Positions 1 through 12,362 of a DNA stretch of 64,000 bases are shown one piece after another. The stretch is from Octopus vulgaris (Eukaryota), in NCBI GenBank assembly GCA_951406725.2, contig OX597818.1, positions 144,584,001 through 144,648,000 on the forward strand. Direction: 5' to 3'. The position numbers were made by a program, and so were the translations under genes. Under the pieces are notes generated by a model. That model was not told the DNA's origin. It did not search any database and saw only the letters and a list, made by a program, of their open reading frames with translations. Position 1 is the first letter of the stretch. The number at the start of each line of letters is the position of its first letter.

Positions 1-406
1 AAAAAAATTTGCAATATAAATTCGGATGTTATTTGTATGTTGTTTGTGTAAAAAAACCATGTGAATTGTTACTTCATTTGTAAATAAGCTTGTTGAGAAA
101 AGCTTATTTATGAGATGCCAGCTGAATTGCTGATTGCATTAAATGTTCCATTTATCACTAGTTTATTGTAAGATATTGTAAATTAATAGATCTACTTACC
201 AGAACTATATAAGTAAACCAGGTTATGGTTGATAGGGTGTAGGGTTTGCGTTTGAGAGGTCTTCAATTGTTTACCATCGTTTGTTGTGTGTTCTAATGAT
301 TAACACTAACTCAGTTTATTTAGTTACGTTGCTGCTTAGCCCACTTTTAGTAGATCTACCAGCGAAGGTATTTCAGCTATGGTCATCATGTCTTTTTTCT
401 TCCAAC

Positions 407-442
<36 letters not shown>

Positions 443-1199
443 CTACATTATCTAATGTACCTTTTTGTTAAGGTGATGAGTCTGAATTGAAGATTTGGTT
501 GCAATTTGAGCAGGTCAAATAATTGTGTAGAGCCTATCTTGTTAGTTTAAGCTTATTGTCCTAGGTAGTTACAGCTTACTGTAGTGGGAGCACTAGAGTT
601 AGGGTTTTCATGACAAGTGTTCAGAGGATTCCTAAGTATATGATTTTCATGAGTTAGTCAAAGTAGTACCTGGCAATATTTAAACTAAGAACAGTGAAAG
701 ACAAAGATAAATAGATTCTATTTGGCTTTGAAGACAATGTAAGATTGTTCAGTTTTTTGCTCAATAATCTGTACAAATGATTTGTTTATAATGATCAAAT
801 GTATGTGCCATACATTAGCTCACTCCTTCCATGAAATTGATGTTACCTGAACGGGTGAATGGTGTACCATGCGTCAAGTGTTGAAATGATCGCAGAGTAA
901 TGTGAGATGAAGGTGTTTTACTCAAAAACACAACACACCACCAAATTTAGGAATTGAAACTATGATATCATGATTGAGTGCAACACCCTAACCATTAATT
1001 TAGGAACAAGTTCTGCGATTTTGAAGTCAGGGGATTAGCTTATTACACTAACTCAAGTATTTACTTGACTAGTATTTATCTTATCAACTCCCCCAGAGGT
1101 ATGAAAGGCAAAGTTGCTGTCAATGAGATTTGAAATCAAAACAAAGAGCTAATACTGTAAAGCACTTTTTAATGGTTTTTAATGGTTCTTGTCAATCCA

Positions 1200-1202
1200 A
1201 TA

Positions 1203-1240
<38 letters not shown>

Positions 1241-1310
1241 ACTACTACTACTACTACTACTGCTGCTGCTACTGCTACTACTACTACTAACAACAACAAC
1301 AACAACAGCA
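1200..1310. repeat. Compound trinucleotide microsatellite (TAC)n(TGC)n(TAC)n(TGC)n(TAC)n(AAC)n
   Basis: Directly visible; explains the poly-T/A/N ORF at 1130-1417. Confidence 0.95.
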
Positions 1311-1669
1311 ATTTATTACATCTTTTTTATAACTTAGTAATTGGAAGTGGGTTGGTGCCTGTAGCCCTTTTTAGAATAACCCCCAAGGTTGGTAGGAGAA
1401 AGGGAGGAAGATCTTAGTCTGTATATTTGCAGCAGTGTACTCTAGTAAAGGCACCTAATAGTCAGGTGACCATGTTAAATTGTGCAACAAGGATAATCTA
1501 CCACCCAAGGACTGTTCCGCTGACTGTCTTCTACATAGTTTGACTTCACCTCATTTCACTCACATGGGACTTTGCTAGAAATTGTTGGATCAAATCCCAA
1601 CTCACATAGATGATGCCCCATTTCTGCCAACACTGTAGTAGTAGTAGTAGTAGTAGTAGTAATAATAAT

Positions 1670-1865
1670 TCTTTGTACTATAGGCACAAAGCTTGAAATT
1701 TTGAAGGAGGATGCTTGTTGATTATCTTGATCTTAGTGCTCAACGGGTACTTATTTAATTGACCCTGGAAGGTTGAAAGACAATGTCAACCTTGTTGGGA
1801 TTTGAACTAATTATGAACAAAATCCTGTTAAGCATTTTGTTTGACATGCTAACAATTCTGCCTGC
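1670..1865 (-). mobile_element. Decayed tRNA-head SINE (Meta-domain-like family)
   Basis: Similar to the 52781-52991 copy (gtacttatttaattgaccctggaaggttgaaag...tttgaact). Confidence 0.7.
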
Positions 1866-2902
1866 TCTCTGCTTTTATAATAATAATAATAATAATAATG
1901 ATTCATTTTCGTTTCCAACAATGGTAAAAAAAAAAAATGCTGAAACCTCACACCCATTCGTTCTTTACCATTCAACGAGGGTGGTCCTGATATGTGCCAG
2001 TTATGTTAGCATATTCCCAGGGAAGGCCGCGTGCATGTGTAACACACACACACACACATACTGGGACATGTGTTGAGATGATAAACATTTTTCTATTTTA
2101 CTTACCATTTTGTCTTTTACTAATTTGGATAAATTAAGTTTTAACCCTTCTGGGTCGTTTCAACTCCCAAATTGCATTCTCTCTGCCTTTCTTCTCGTTA
2201 ACCTCCCCCCCTCTATTTCTCTCTGCCCGTCTCATTAACTTCTGTTTTTTATTCTTGGCTTCATTTTCTCCTTTCTCTCTCTCTCTTCTGTCTTTCTCGT
2301 CAGTCTGTCGGTCTGTCTCTCTCTCTATTCTATAGCCATCACCATTATCCTTATGGTTCCTATCATGAATTAGGCAATCTTTTAATAGTCATTCTCTCTT
2401 TTTTGGTCAGCTCAGTCTCAGAATCCATCATCACTTCAAGACACCACTGCTTCTTCACAAAATTACTTGTCTATGTTTGTGAAGTCATTTCTTCTTTTAT
2501 TTTTTTTTTGATATATCAGTTATATTTTCTAAATACTTTCGTGCTTTCTCAGCTAATTTTCTATTCAGCCTGTCTCTCAAGTTCATACTATATATGTTCA
2601 GATATGGCTGTGTGATTAAGTTCACTTTGCAGCTACATAGTTCTGGCTTCAATACTGCTGTGTGGCATCTTGAACACAGATCTTCAGCTATTGCCTTGGG
2701 TTGACCACTACTTGTATGTAAAATTTGGTAAATGGAAACTGTCATACATACATGCATTCATCATATATACAGACATGTATTTATACATGCATGCATATAT
2801 ATATACAGATATGTATGTATGTATGCATGCATGTAGATGTAAACATGTATATGTTTGTGAATATGTATATACAGGCATGTATGTATATGTGTGCATATAT
2901 AT

Positions 2903-3439
2903 AATCAAAATAATCAAAATCAATCAAATCAAATCAAATCAAATCAAACCAAATCAAAATAGATGAACATCAATGGAATTTGTATCTTTGTGGTACCAGT
3001 GCCAGCGGCACATAAGAAAACCATCCGAACGTGACCGTAGCCTGTACCGCATCGACTGGCCTCCGTGCTGAGGGCACGTAACAAACACCATCCGAGCGTG
3101 GCCGTTCGCCAGCCTCGTCTGGCACCTGTGTTGGTGGCACATAAGAAAACACCATCCGAGCGTGGCCGTCTGCCAGCCTCGTCTGGCACCTGTGTCGGTG
3201 GCACATAAAAACACCATCTGAGTGTGGCCATCTGCCAGCCTCGTCTGGCACCTGTGTCGGTGGCACATAAAATCACCCGCTACACTCTCGGAGTGGTTGG
3301 CGTTAGGAAGGGCATCCAGCTGTAGAAACACTGCCAGATCTGACTGGCCTGGTGCAGCCTTTGGGCTTGCCAGACCCCAGTTGAACTGTCCAACCCATGC
3401 TAGCATGGAAAGCGGACGTTAAACGATGATGATGATGAT
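2903..3439 (+). mobile_element. SINE-like non-autonomous retroelement with (AAATC)n head, five internal 62-66 nt modules and (GAT)n tail
   Basis: Shares ctacactctcggagtggttggcgttaggaagggcatccagctgtagaaac...ccatgctagcatggaaagcggacgttaaac(gat)n with at least 7 other copies in the window; the tail type suggests RTE mobilisation (inference). Confidence 0.9.
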
Positions 3440-3778
3440 ATATATAAAGAAAACAGAAATTGGAGAAATATTGCTGTTTCTGCTTCCAATGTTGTATGGT
3501 ATTGCCATTGATATGTTAAAAAATATTTATCATATTTGGTAATAAAACTGATCTGGAACATGGAGCTTCATCAGAGTGAAGAATAAATAAACAAGAAGAG
3601 CCTAGAGAAGATTTTGATTCCCAATAAACTCCTATTTATCCTTGTCCTTACCTATAATTTATGAGCAAAATATGCTTACATATGTATGCCCATGGTTAAA
3701 CATAAGTAAATATACCTGTAGGATAATGGATACTTTTATCCCTTAGATGGTTATTTTAATAACCTCTAACTCAGCTAA

Positions 3779-3815
<37 letters not shown>

Positions 3816-3829
3816 CATACATGTATTTT

Positions 3830-4083
3830 GGCATGTTAAAAGCACCATTCGAGCATGATCATTGCCAGTGGCATGTAAAAGCACAACTCAAGTGCGGTCG
3901 ATGGCACGTAAAAAACACCCACTACACTCTCAGAGTGGTTGGCATTAGGAAGGGCATCCAGCTGTAGAAACTTTGCTGGATCAGATTGGAGCTTGGTACA
4001 GCCTTCTGGCTTGCCAGCCCTCATTCAAATCATCCAACCCATGCCAGCATAGAATGCAGACGTTAAACAACGATGAAGATGAT
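3830..4083 (+). mobile_element. Same (GAT)n-tailed SINE family, copy with short modules
   Basis: ggaagggcatccagctgtagaaac core and ccatgccagcat...gacgttaaac..gatgaagatgat tail. Confidence 0.85.
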
Positions 4084-4123
4084 GTACACACAGGCATGTA
4101 TGTATATATGATGTGTGTGTGTG

Positions 4124-4185
<62 letters not shown>

Positions 4186-4341
4186 CACACAGGCGTGTAT
4201 GTGTGTGTGTGTGAATGTATGTACATGTGTGAGCATGTATACACAGACATGTATGTACATGTGTGAGCATGTATACACAGATGTGTGTGTGTGTAAGCAT
4301 GTATATACATATATGTATGTGTATGTGCATATATGTACATA
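4084..4341. repeat. (TA)n/(TG)n compound microsatellite
   Basis: Directly visible. Confidence 0.95.
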
Positions 4342-5565
4342 CAGGGTGCGTAAGGTATTTGAAGACATACCTTTTTCCGAGTTATTGCTGCATTTTTTCC
4401 TAACTCTGTATAATCTTTGTTTCTGAAAATAATAATGGCAGACCCTCAGCTTACTCAAGAAAGGAAGAGGCTTGCTGTTATTGTGGTTATAAAGGCTGAG
4501 CATAGTGATTTAGAAATATCTCATTTTTTTAAAAGTTGCCTCATCTTTCGTCTGCAAAGTTTGTAAGGAGCTAGAGACTGAGGATGGAAATGTATCACCA
4601 ATATCAAAGCATCAAAAGCATTCTAAATGTTCTGAAATCATCAGAACACTTGAATTTATCCAGCAAGTTCAACAGACCATTGATTACAATCCCAGAAAAT
4701 CTATGAGGTCAATTGCAAAAGATGACCATGTGTCAGAAGAAACAGTCAGAAATGTTGTCCATGAAGACATCATATATAAGTCTTATATGATGAAAAAACA
4801 TCAGTTTGTCAGAAAAAGCAAAAGAAAATCATTGCATCAGATCTGAAAGGTTCTTAAACAACTGAAAAATCCAGCAGAAGAAGATTTGATTTGGAAGTTA
4901 AGAGAAGAAATGACGAAAGCTGGTTATGTGCAGACTCTTCTGAAATTTCGAGTGTTACGCATACAAAATTTCCTGCAACTGTCATGGACTTAAGGGTTGT
5001 CAGCAATGAAGGACATGTGATGCCTCCTTACTTCTTTCCACAATGCCTTAGAGTTAACTCTGCCACCTACATTGAGGTTCTGGAAATAATTAAGCCCTGG
5101 ATAGACAGCGTATGCAATTGAAGGCCATAAATGTTTCAGTAAGACTCTGCGCTATCACACATGGTTCTAGCAACACAGGAATGGATGGGTGAAAATTTTG
5201 ATGATCACATAACCCCTGATATTTGGCCTCTTAATTCCTCAGATCTCAATCCATTGGACTGTTACATGTGGAACATTGTTGAGAGAGAGGTCAATGAACA
5301 CGCCCATAACACCAAAGATTCTTTGAAAGCTGCCGTAGAGTAATGTCCAAAATGAACCAGGACCACATGATTCAAGCATGTAGATGATTTAGATCTCATA
5401 TAGAAGCGGTTGTTGAAGCTGAGGGTGGCTTTATTGAATAACATTATAGAAAAGGTTTATTTTTATCCTCATAACATTTTTCGATAAATAAAGTAATTAT
5501 CTGTCATTATATATCTGTTTTTTATTATAAACATAAATCTGTCCTCAAATATCTTACGCACCCCC

Positions 5566-5566
<1 letters not shown>
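4342..5566 (+). mobile_element. Full-length decayed Tc1/mariner-superfamily transposon, DD37D (maT/Bmmar1-like), transposase pseudogene
   Basis: TA|CAGGGTGCGTAAGGTATTTGAAGACA...TGTCCTCAAATATCTTACGCACCCCCG|TA TIRs with TA TSD; transposase remnants KFPATVM..VVSNEGHVMPPYFF, FQ*DSALSH and WPLNSSDLNPLD with 37 residues between the 2nd and 3rd catalytic D; several stops. Confidence 0.93.
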
Positions 5567-5602
<36 letters not shown>

Positions 5603-5880
5603 GTATGTATGTGTGTGTGTATGCATGTGTATATGTATGTATGTGTGTGTGTATGCATGTGTATATGTATGTATGTGTGTGTGTATGCATGTGTATATGT
5701 ATGTATGTGTGTGTATGCATGTGTACATGTATGTATGTGTGTATGCATGTGTACATATATGTATGTGTGTATGCATATATGTACATACATTTATATATGT
5801 GTGTGAGTGTGTATGCATACATGTACATGTATGGATGTTTGTGTGATTATGTATATGCATATATGTGTTTGTGTGTGCAC
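5567..5880. repeat. (TA)n followed by a TG/TA-rich ~30-bp minisatellite-like tract
   Basis: Repeats of atgtatgtatgtgtgtgtgtatgcatgtgtat; source of the spurious H/T/Y/I and C/V/M ORFs. Confidence 0.9.
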
Positions 5881-7432
5881 TGGGAAGAAATTGCTCATAA
5901 ATTAGTGTGCTGAATAAAAGTACTTTATGCATTTTATCCAAGCTGCATAGGCACTTCGTTTCACCCTTGCCATTGGAAATGCAGTAAACCAGTGATTAGC
6001 CCATTGGAAATCTATAATCAATATTGAGAGAGAGAAAGAAACAAACAAACACACACACACAGAGAAAATCCTATTTGTTATGTTTCTTCTATCATTGATC
6101 ATAGAGTGAATTTGGTTTCATTGCTATTAAAAACCATCTAAATGATATAAAGCTCCTTTCCAGTCATTTATGTTTTATATCGTTATGACAACTCTTGTAC
6201 TTCCATTCATGCAAATCTGGAAAAAACAGAAATGAAATCCTTGTTAATTACTGTCTGTGTATCCATCTTTGTGGTCATACTTAACACATGTACATTGTTA
6301 AAACGCAAGATGCTGTGACTTTTGTCTGAGAGAAAGTCTCTTCAGAGACACAGATGAACATCTTCCCAGCAGTGATTTATGTAAAGACGAGACGTGTTTT
6401 GGTTTTTTTGTGCATTAATAATGATGTGTACTCATGAATCACTTGCTTAGATGAAAACTGTCCCTTCTGATACGTAGGGGACAGTGAATGACAGTTACTG
6501 GTATTATGGAAAGCCTGCCTTATGGAATACAAACTCGGTGTATGCAAATGATGCAGAATTAGATTAAGATTGCTGTTTATGTGTTATTAACATTTATATG
6601 CCATTGAAAGATATAATGGTGTAGTTTTTGTTTGAGAGAAAATCTCTACATAGACTTGTGTTGAATTTTGCTGTAATGTGTGTGGTGTTGTGAATCCCTG
6701 CTGGGATGTTCATCTCTGATAGAATATATATTGATTTTAACACAGCATGTCTATGAAGATTTTCTCTCAGGCAAAAACCACAGCATCATACCTTTCTACA
6801 GTATATGTACATTAAATATGAACATAGATAACTATTTTAATCTAATCCTGTCTCAACTGTGTACACACACACACACACGAGTTTCTATCTACAGAATTTC
6901 ATGTTTTCATTGCATGTTTCACAGGATTAGACACAGAAATTTAAAGGGCTCAGTTTTTCTTTTCTTTTTTTGCCTTAAGGCATTGGTTTATTTATAAAAC
7001 TTTCCAGTCGGAATCTTAAACTTAGAAATAAACCATTTTACTCTTGACAGAAACTTAAAAGTTAATTGATAAAAACTAATTATCTATAAAAAACAAAGTG
7101 AAGTACCTTATTTCACATATTACTTAGCATTTTATTTGTAGCTAAAGTATTTTACAATAGTTAAAATGAAGCCTGTCTGCAAATTATAAATTAAATAAGT
7201 TTTAATTTTAGAATTTCACATAAAATATATTTGTTCCTTTTTTTACATCCATTTTTCTATGCTAGCATGGGTTGTGTTTCTTTCATGTAAAGGATTCTAC
7301 ATGCTTCAAAAGTGCAAAGCCAGCTGACAAGCCATTTATATGGGAAAGGAATGACAATGTTCTTGTGAATCCCTGCTGGGTCATGTCCATCCAGCTCTGA
7401 TATTTAGACAAGGGAAATGACAATCTCTCTGT

Positions 7433-7477
<45 letters not shown>

Positions 7478-7544
7478 CCCATTAGGGAAATGTTACTACC
7501 TGTAGCAGAGAAATTTTTCAGAGATGTGTCAATGTAAACAAACT

Positions 7545-7602
<58 letters not shown>

Positions 7603-7604
7603 AT

Positions 7605-7730
7605 GCAAATCCATTCTTAAAGACTTTGGTTGGTTCAGGGCTATAGTTGAAGACACCCAAGGTGTTGTGCAGTTGGACTGAACCTGAAACCATATAGTTG
7701 GGAGTGAACTTCTCAACTACACAGCCATGC
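7605..7730 (-). mobile_element. tRNA-head CORE-type SINE, 5' part
   Basis: Reverse complement ggcatggctgtgtagttgagaagttcactcccaactatatggtttcaggttcagtcc...ccttgggtgtcttcaactatagcc; matches the 55285 copy. Confidence 0.8.
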
Positions 7731-7861
7731 CTCTCTCTCTCTCTGTGTGTGTGTGTGTGAGAGATGCAATAAGTGCAGAGCATGGAAACCTCAGGCCTTG
7801 AGTTACTTACGTAGCTTAACAGCTACATAGAAATACAAGTGTATGAATTTCCTCTTCATTT

Positions 7862-8114
7862 TTAACTCTTGTGTGACTACATTTCTAATTCTAATGAAAT
7901 ATGCTGCTTATATATTTCCACTAATTTTGGAAAATAATCAAGAATTTGAAGGTATTTAGTAAAATTTTTCCTTATTAAGCTGGTGTTAGGAAAATAACAG
8001 GTTCTTAGAATGAAAATTAATGGTTTTAATTTAGATATTCCACTTTAAAAGGAGGCAATTTTTTTATTGTAAAACCAAGGGTAGCCTCAGGCTGGCCTAG
8101 TATCAAATGGCTTA
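7862..8114. mobile_element. Possible piggyBac-like MITE, decayed
   Basis: Ends ttaactcttgtgtgactac...gtatcaaatggcttag resemble TTAACCC...GGGTTAA termini. Confidence 0.35.
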
Positions 8115-11094
8115 GAATATAAATTGGAATTAATGGTTAGAACAGTTACATACTTAAAATTACCATAATACTACTTCTATCAGTTGTAGATTCAAATGGG
8201 ATAATGTTGATAAATAGAAACTCAGTTTATTATTATTATTATTATTTTTACTTTTATGATTTAGATTGAATATGAATTTCACATCTGTTATAAATTTTTT
8301 TATAGCTAATTTATAGAAATCCTTCATAATTTAGCAGCATGCTTTATCTTCTGCAGAGCATTAATTTTTTCCCCCACAGTTCTACCCATTTTTGTATTTT
8401 AGAATTGCTCTATCTTTTTCTATTTTAACTTGATCATCTTCTATTTATTTGCATTGCTACTTTATGGAATATCATTTAGACAATATTTCTTTCAACTTGG
8501 TCTAATAATCCCTGCTATCTCTCACAGTAACAAAATAGATTAATAAAAAATAAGAAATTTCTGCAATGCAAAATAAAAACATTTTCCTAAATGTAAATTT
8601 TTGTTTTCAATTACTAACGTGTAGAGTTAAAAAACAAATTTTGTGAATCATGTATTTTCCTATTAGCAAGGCTTATACTTATCTTCTATAAAAATCTTGA
8701 TACTTTTCTTTTATAATATATTCTCTTGGCTTGTTTCCATTTTGCCTTCTTCAAAGCCTCTTAATCATTTAAATTTCAATCTTTATTTTTTTCTGTTTTA
8801 GTATGTGTTGAACAGATCTATAGAATAGCAGCTGCTCTCATGTTTGGCTGCTTATATTACTGATATTTCAACTAGGGAGCCTTCATGTACTTGTGCACCC
8901 TGCTAGAAATACCTACTAAATCACCCTCAAACCACACCCTACTCTCTGAAATAGTATTTCTAGCAGGTGGATTGGCAAAATCAATAGAGAGCCGAAGAGT
9001 AACAACTGATCATTGTTTAATGCAATCATCTGTTGCAGATCTGAACGTGGCTAGCAGGCCAAATTCTTGCAGAACACACCCATCTACATTGTGGTCACTA
9101 AAAAGACACAGTGGTTATAGCTGATGTAGATGAAAAGGCCTGCCTTTGTTCTCTAGTATTTGTTAGTTTTTCTTGTGAGTAATTCAATACATTGTATTCT
9201 CAGTTCAGATCACATCAATGTTAACTTTATCTTTTGGGGTTGGTATCATTGATAATTCCCTTATTTTAGAATTTGTGGCCCTATGCCAATGTTAGAAATC
9301 ATATTATTGGTAGTTTTCAAATTCATATTATTGGTATTTCTATCCACTTTTTTGTAGTGATTCAGTTCTTACAATTCCTGTTATATTTTTGTCAATTCTT
9401 CACCTGTCTGTTTTAGTTATATGATTCCACAATACATATTTATTGTAACTGACATATAATACTACAACATCATAGCATTATTATTGTCACCTTCATTTTA
9501 TGTCTGCTTTCCATATATGTATGGGTTGGATAGATCACTATAATCAAAGTCAGTTTTCCCTAGAGGTTACTGCCTTCCTGGTTGAGTAGAGCACCACAGC
9601 TCACCTGTTGGTTTTGTGTCTTTTAGAAAACATCTTATTTTTTTAAGAGCATTGAAAGCTTACATGTCCATGTCCCTCAAAAAAAAAAAAAAATAATAAA
9701 TAAAACCCAGAAAAACTGGTGTGAAACAGACAGTATAGTGATTTAGTGTTGTTCTGCTGTTTTCTTTTTCTTATGAGGCCAGTAGAAGGCAGGCTTGGTG
9801 AAAAGCTGAGCAAAATATCAGTATATAATATACAGTATTTTGTTAATTCATTAAAAAATATTCTGTGTTTAAATCATGATGGACTTGACTCTGTCATTCT
9901 TCATGTGGTAAGGCTGGTAAAATCAGTACCAGTAATATACTGTAACCCGATTCCTTTGACTTGTAGTGTCTTCTCAAAATCTGTGGCTTTGTACAGAGTT
10001 GGAAATGAATATTCCACTTTAAGTCATCAGAGGCTGGCCAATGATGCTGGAGTGTCAAAGTGAATACACCAATGTTTCTAATTTTGGTTCTCTAGCTTCT
10101 TAATTCAAATCTCACAATGCCCAACTTGACCTTTTGCTCTTTTGGGGTTGGTGTTGTTTATAACTCCAGGTCAGCCTTGATGAAGCTCATTCCAACCTGG
10201 ACCATCATTTCTTTTCAGCCGTATGTGGGATTATATTATATAATACCTCTTTCCCATATTTAAGACTCAATGGATGTTACATGGCCAAAAGGTTAAGAAA
10301 ATCATTTTGCAAGTATAAAGTTCCAGTTGGATTTCACTGCATTACCTATTAGACAAGTCCTTAACCTTGGGTTTAGTCTTGTGAGGAAAACCAGGTAGAT
10401 GGAACCAGTGCAGAAGCTCATCAGATGGATTGTACCTGTAATTTAACTGCATCATATATTGTTATGCTAATTCAGCCTGAGAATTACTTTGTGTCTGTGG
10501 AATACTCAGCCACTAACAAGGTAATCTAAAGAGTCGAATAGCTGATGAAACAAATGACTGCTCATGGTAAAAAACTGACAGATATCCGTTTGCCTTACAA
10601 ATGTATTTCAGACACAAGGGTGTAATTTGAGGCAAATTTAGTTGCTGTTTCTATCAAATTGAACAACCATGTAAAGGTTCCCTTGTTGATTCATTCTTTT
10701 CATTGAATGATGATACATTATTAGCTAGTGTGGCAGTTTTAAAGGATTTATTTTATCCACCCTCATTTCTCTTTGTAGTTGTTGTTTGATATCGCTTAAT
10801 ATCATATTGTTTAAAACTATCATTTATAATATTAATATTCGCTTATTTACTGATTGTTATAAATATAAACTTTTCCCATTTCCTAAATGCAAAATATATT
10901 CAATAAAAAGCCTCTTGATATGAATTAATTTGAGTTTTAGTTTAAAATTCAGTAAGGGTTCTAACCTCATTCAAAACAGAACCAATTAATGATAGACCTG
11001 TTAGTCCCTGGATATTCCAAAGGGCATGCAAGTTAATGATTTCCCTCTCTCTCTTTTGGAGAGGCACTGAGCAGCTATACGCGCATACACACAC

Positions 11095-11243
11095 ACACGG
11101 CAGTAACTCCTGCCTACCGAATTCAATCACAAAGCTTTGGTTGGCTCGGGGCTATAGTGGGAGACACCTACCCAAAGTGCCACACAGTGGGACTGAACCC
11201 GAAACCATATAGCTAGGAAGCAAACTCCCTAACCACACAGCCA
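11095..11243 (-). mobile_element. tRNA-head CORE-type SINE
   Basis: Reverse complement ggctgtgtggttagggagtttgcttcctagctatatggtttcgggttcagtcccactgtgtggcactttgggtaggtgtc with A- and B-box-like motifs. Confidence 0.85.
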
Positions 11244-11815
11244 ATTGCTATTTTATTAATTGATATTACAATCTCAATGCAGTGATTGAAAAAAACCCAA
11301 GAATGTTCTACTCATTTGCATACTTGCAAACAGTGTTATTTTAATTATCCATTTTGTTATTGCTGTTGTTTAGTTTACAGTTTTTCTTTACACTTTGGTC
11401 TGAATTGTTTGAAACACATAGCTGCAGGTTCAGACTATTTTTTGTTTGTTCATTCAATGTCTGTTCATTCATTCCTATTAGCACTGATTGGATGGGGACT
11501 TATTTGTGACAGCATTTTTGGCCAGATGCCTTTCCTGTTGTCAACTCTTACCCGTTTTTCAAGTAAGGGTTTTTCTTTCTGGTCTACAAAGGCAGAGAGT
11601 GATTAGTTGTAATGTCAATGGGAAATGTAATATTCACATCACTGTTTTGCTCTGACAGTCATAAACAAAGTGTAGAATTTTAACACTTTGACAGTCATAA
11701 GCAAACTAGAAAGTTATGCACACACACACATGTAGGTGTGTGTGTGTGTGTGTGTGTGTGCAGGTGCAGGCATGGCTGTGTAGTTCAGAAGTTTGCTTCC
11801 CAACGACATGGTTTT

Positions 11816-11888
11816 GGTGGATATTTGTCCTCATCTTGTTTGTTGTTAACACGTTTTGGCTGATAAGCCCTCCAGCCTTCATCAATGT
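11816..11888 (-). mobile_element. Penelope-like pLTR remnant with a degenerate hammerhead ribozyme core
   Basis: Minus strand 11885-11851 reads tTGATGA-a-GGCTG-gagggcttat-CAGCC-aAAAC, i.e. CUGAUGA/stem II/GAAA with two core mutations; lies ~250 bp from a PLE RT fragment. Confidence 0.45.
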
Positions 11889-12134
11889 ATTTTTCGATGT
11901 TGCTGTTGCTGCTGTTAAGCAACAAGACGAGTAAGGGTGGTTAGGTGATGATCTAGGGCTTAGGGGCGGGAGACTCCAGACCTTGGGGGTGGGGGGAAAC
12001 TTTGGTGGTCTTGTTGTAGTCGAGGACTCTTCGTTGACACCTGACACCACTGGGAAGTGGCCCTCGAAGTCGCTGGAAATAGAGATTCTCAGGTCCAAAT
12101 TCTTGGATGACTGCTGTTGCTGCTGATGATGAAG

Positions 12135-12362
12135 GTGATAACATGCACCAAGTATGGATTCAGGACATCCGTATACCGCAAGCTGACCTTCACTGGACGA
12201 TACCTCAACTTCAATTCCCACCATCCACACAATGTAGAGAGAGGTATTGCTGAGTTCCTAAAACATTGATTAAAGAATATAAGTAGTTATCATGATACCC
12301 ACCACAAAGAAATGATCAGGCTCAGTAACAATCTATTAAGCAACAACTACCCCCAAAACATG
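12135..12362 (+). mobile_element. Penelope-like element reverse transcriptase C-terminal fragment
   Basis: VITCTKYGFRTSVYRKLTFTGRYLNFNSHHPHNVERGIAEFLKH*LKNISS...LLSNNYP; the TSVYRK.T.T..YL.F.S.HP signature of PLE RTs. Confidence 0.88.

Noticed and set aside
1130-1417. 95-aa ORF with poly-T/A/N
   Set aside because: Trinucleotide microsatellite next to a SINE remnant; no domain or splice support
2944-3422. Repetitive Cys/His-rich ORFs (MCHRHRCQTRL repeats) resembling a small metal-binding protein
   Set aside because: Antisense translation of SINE internal modules; the frame is not conserved between copies
3973-5941. Many overlapping ORFs rich in YIYI, HTHT or CVCV
   Set aside because: Translations of TA/CA/TG microsatellites, which lack stop codons; the same applies at 2670-2966, 7381-7783, 27059-27597, 56829 and 59043-59574
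12073-12093. TEV protease site ENLYFQ in minus-strand ORF 11953-12144, suggesting vector contamination
   Set aside because: Followed by R rather than G/S, with no tag, linker or vector sequence nearby; a different frame is the longer open one; treated as chance
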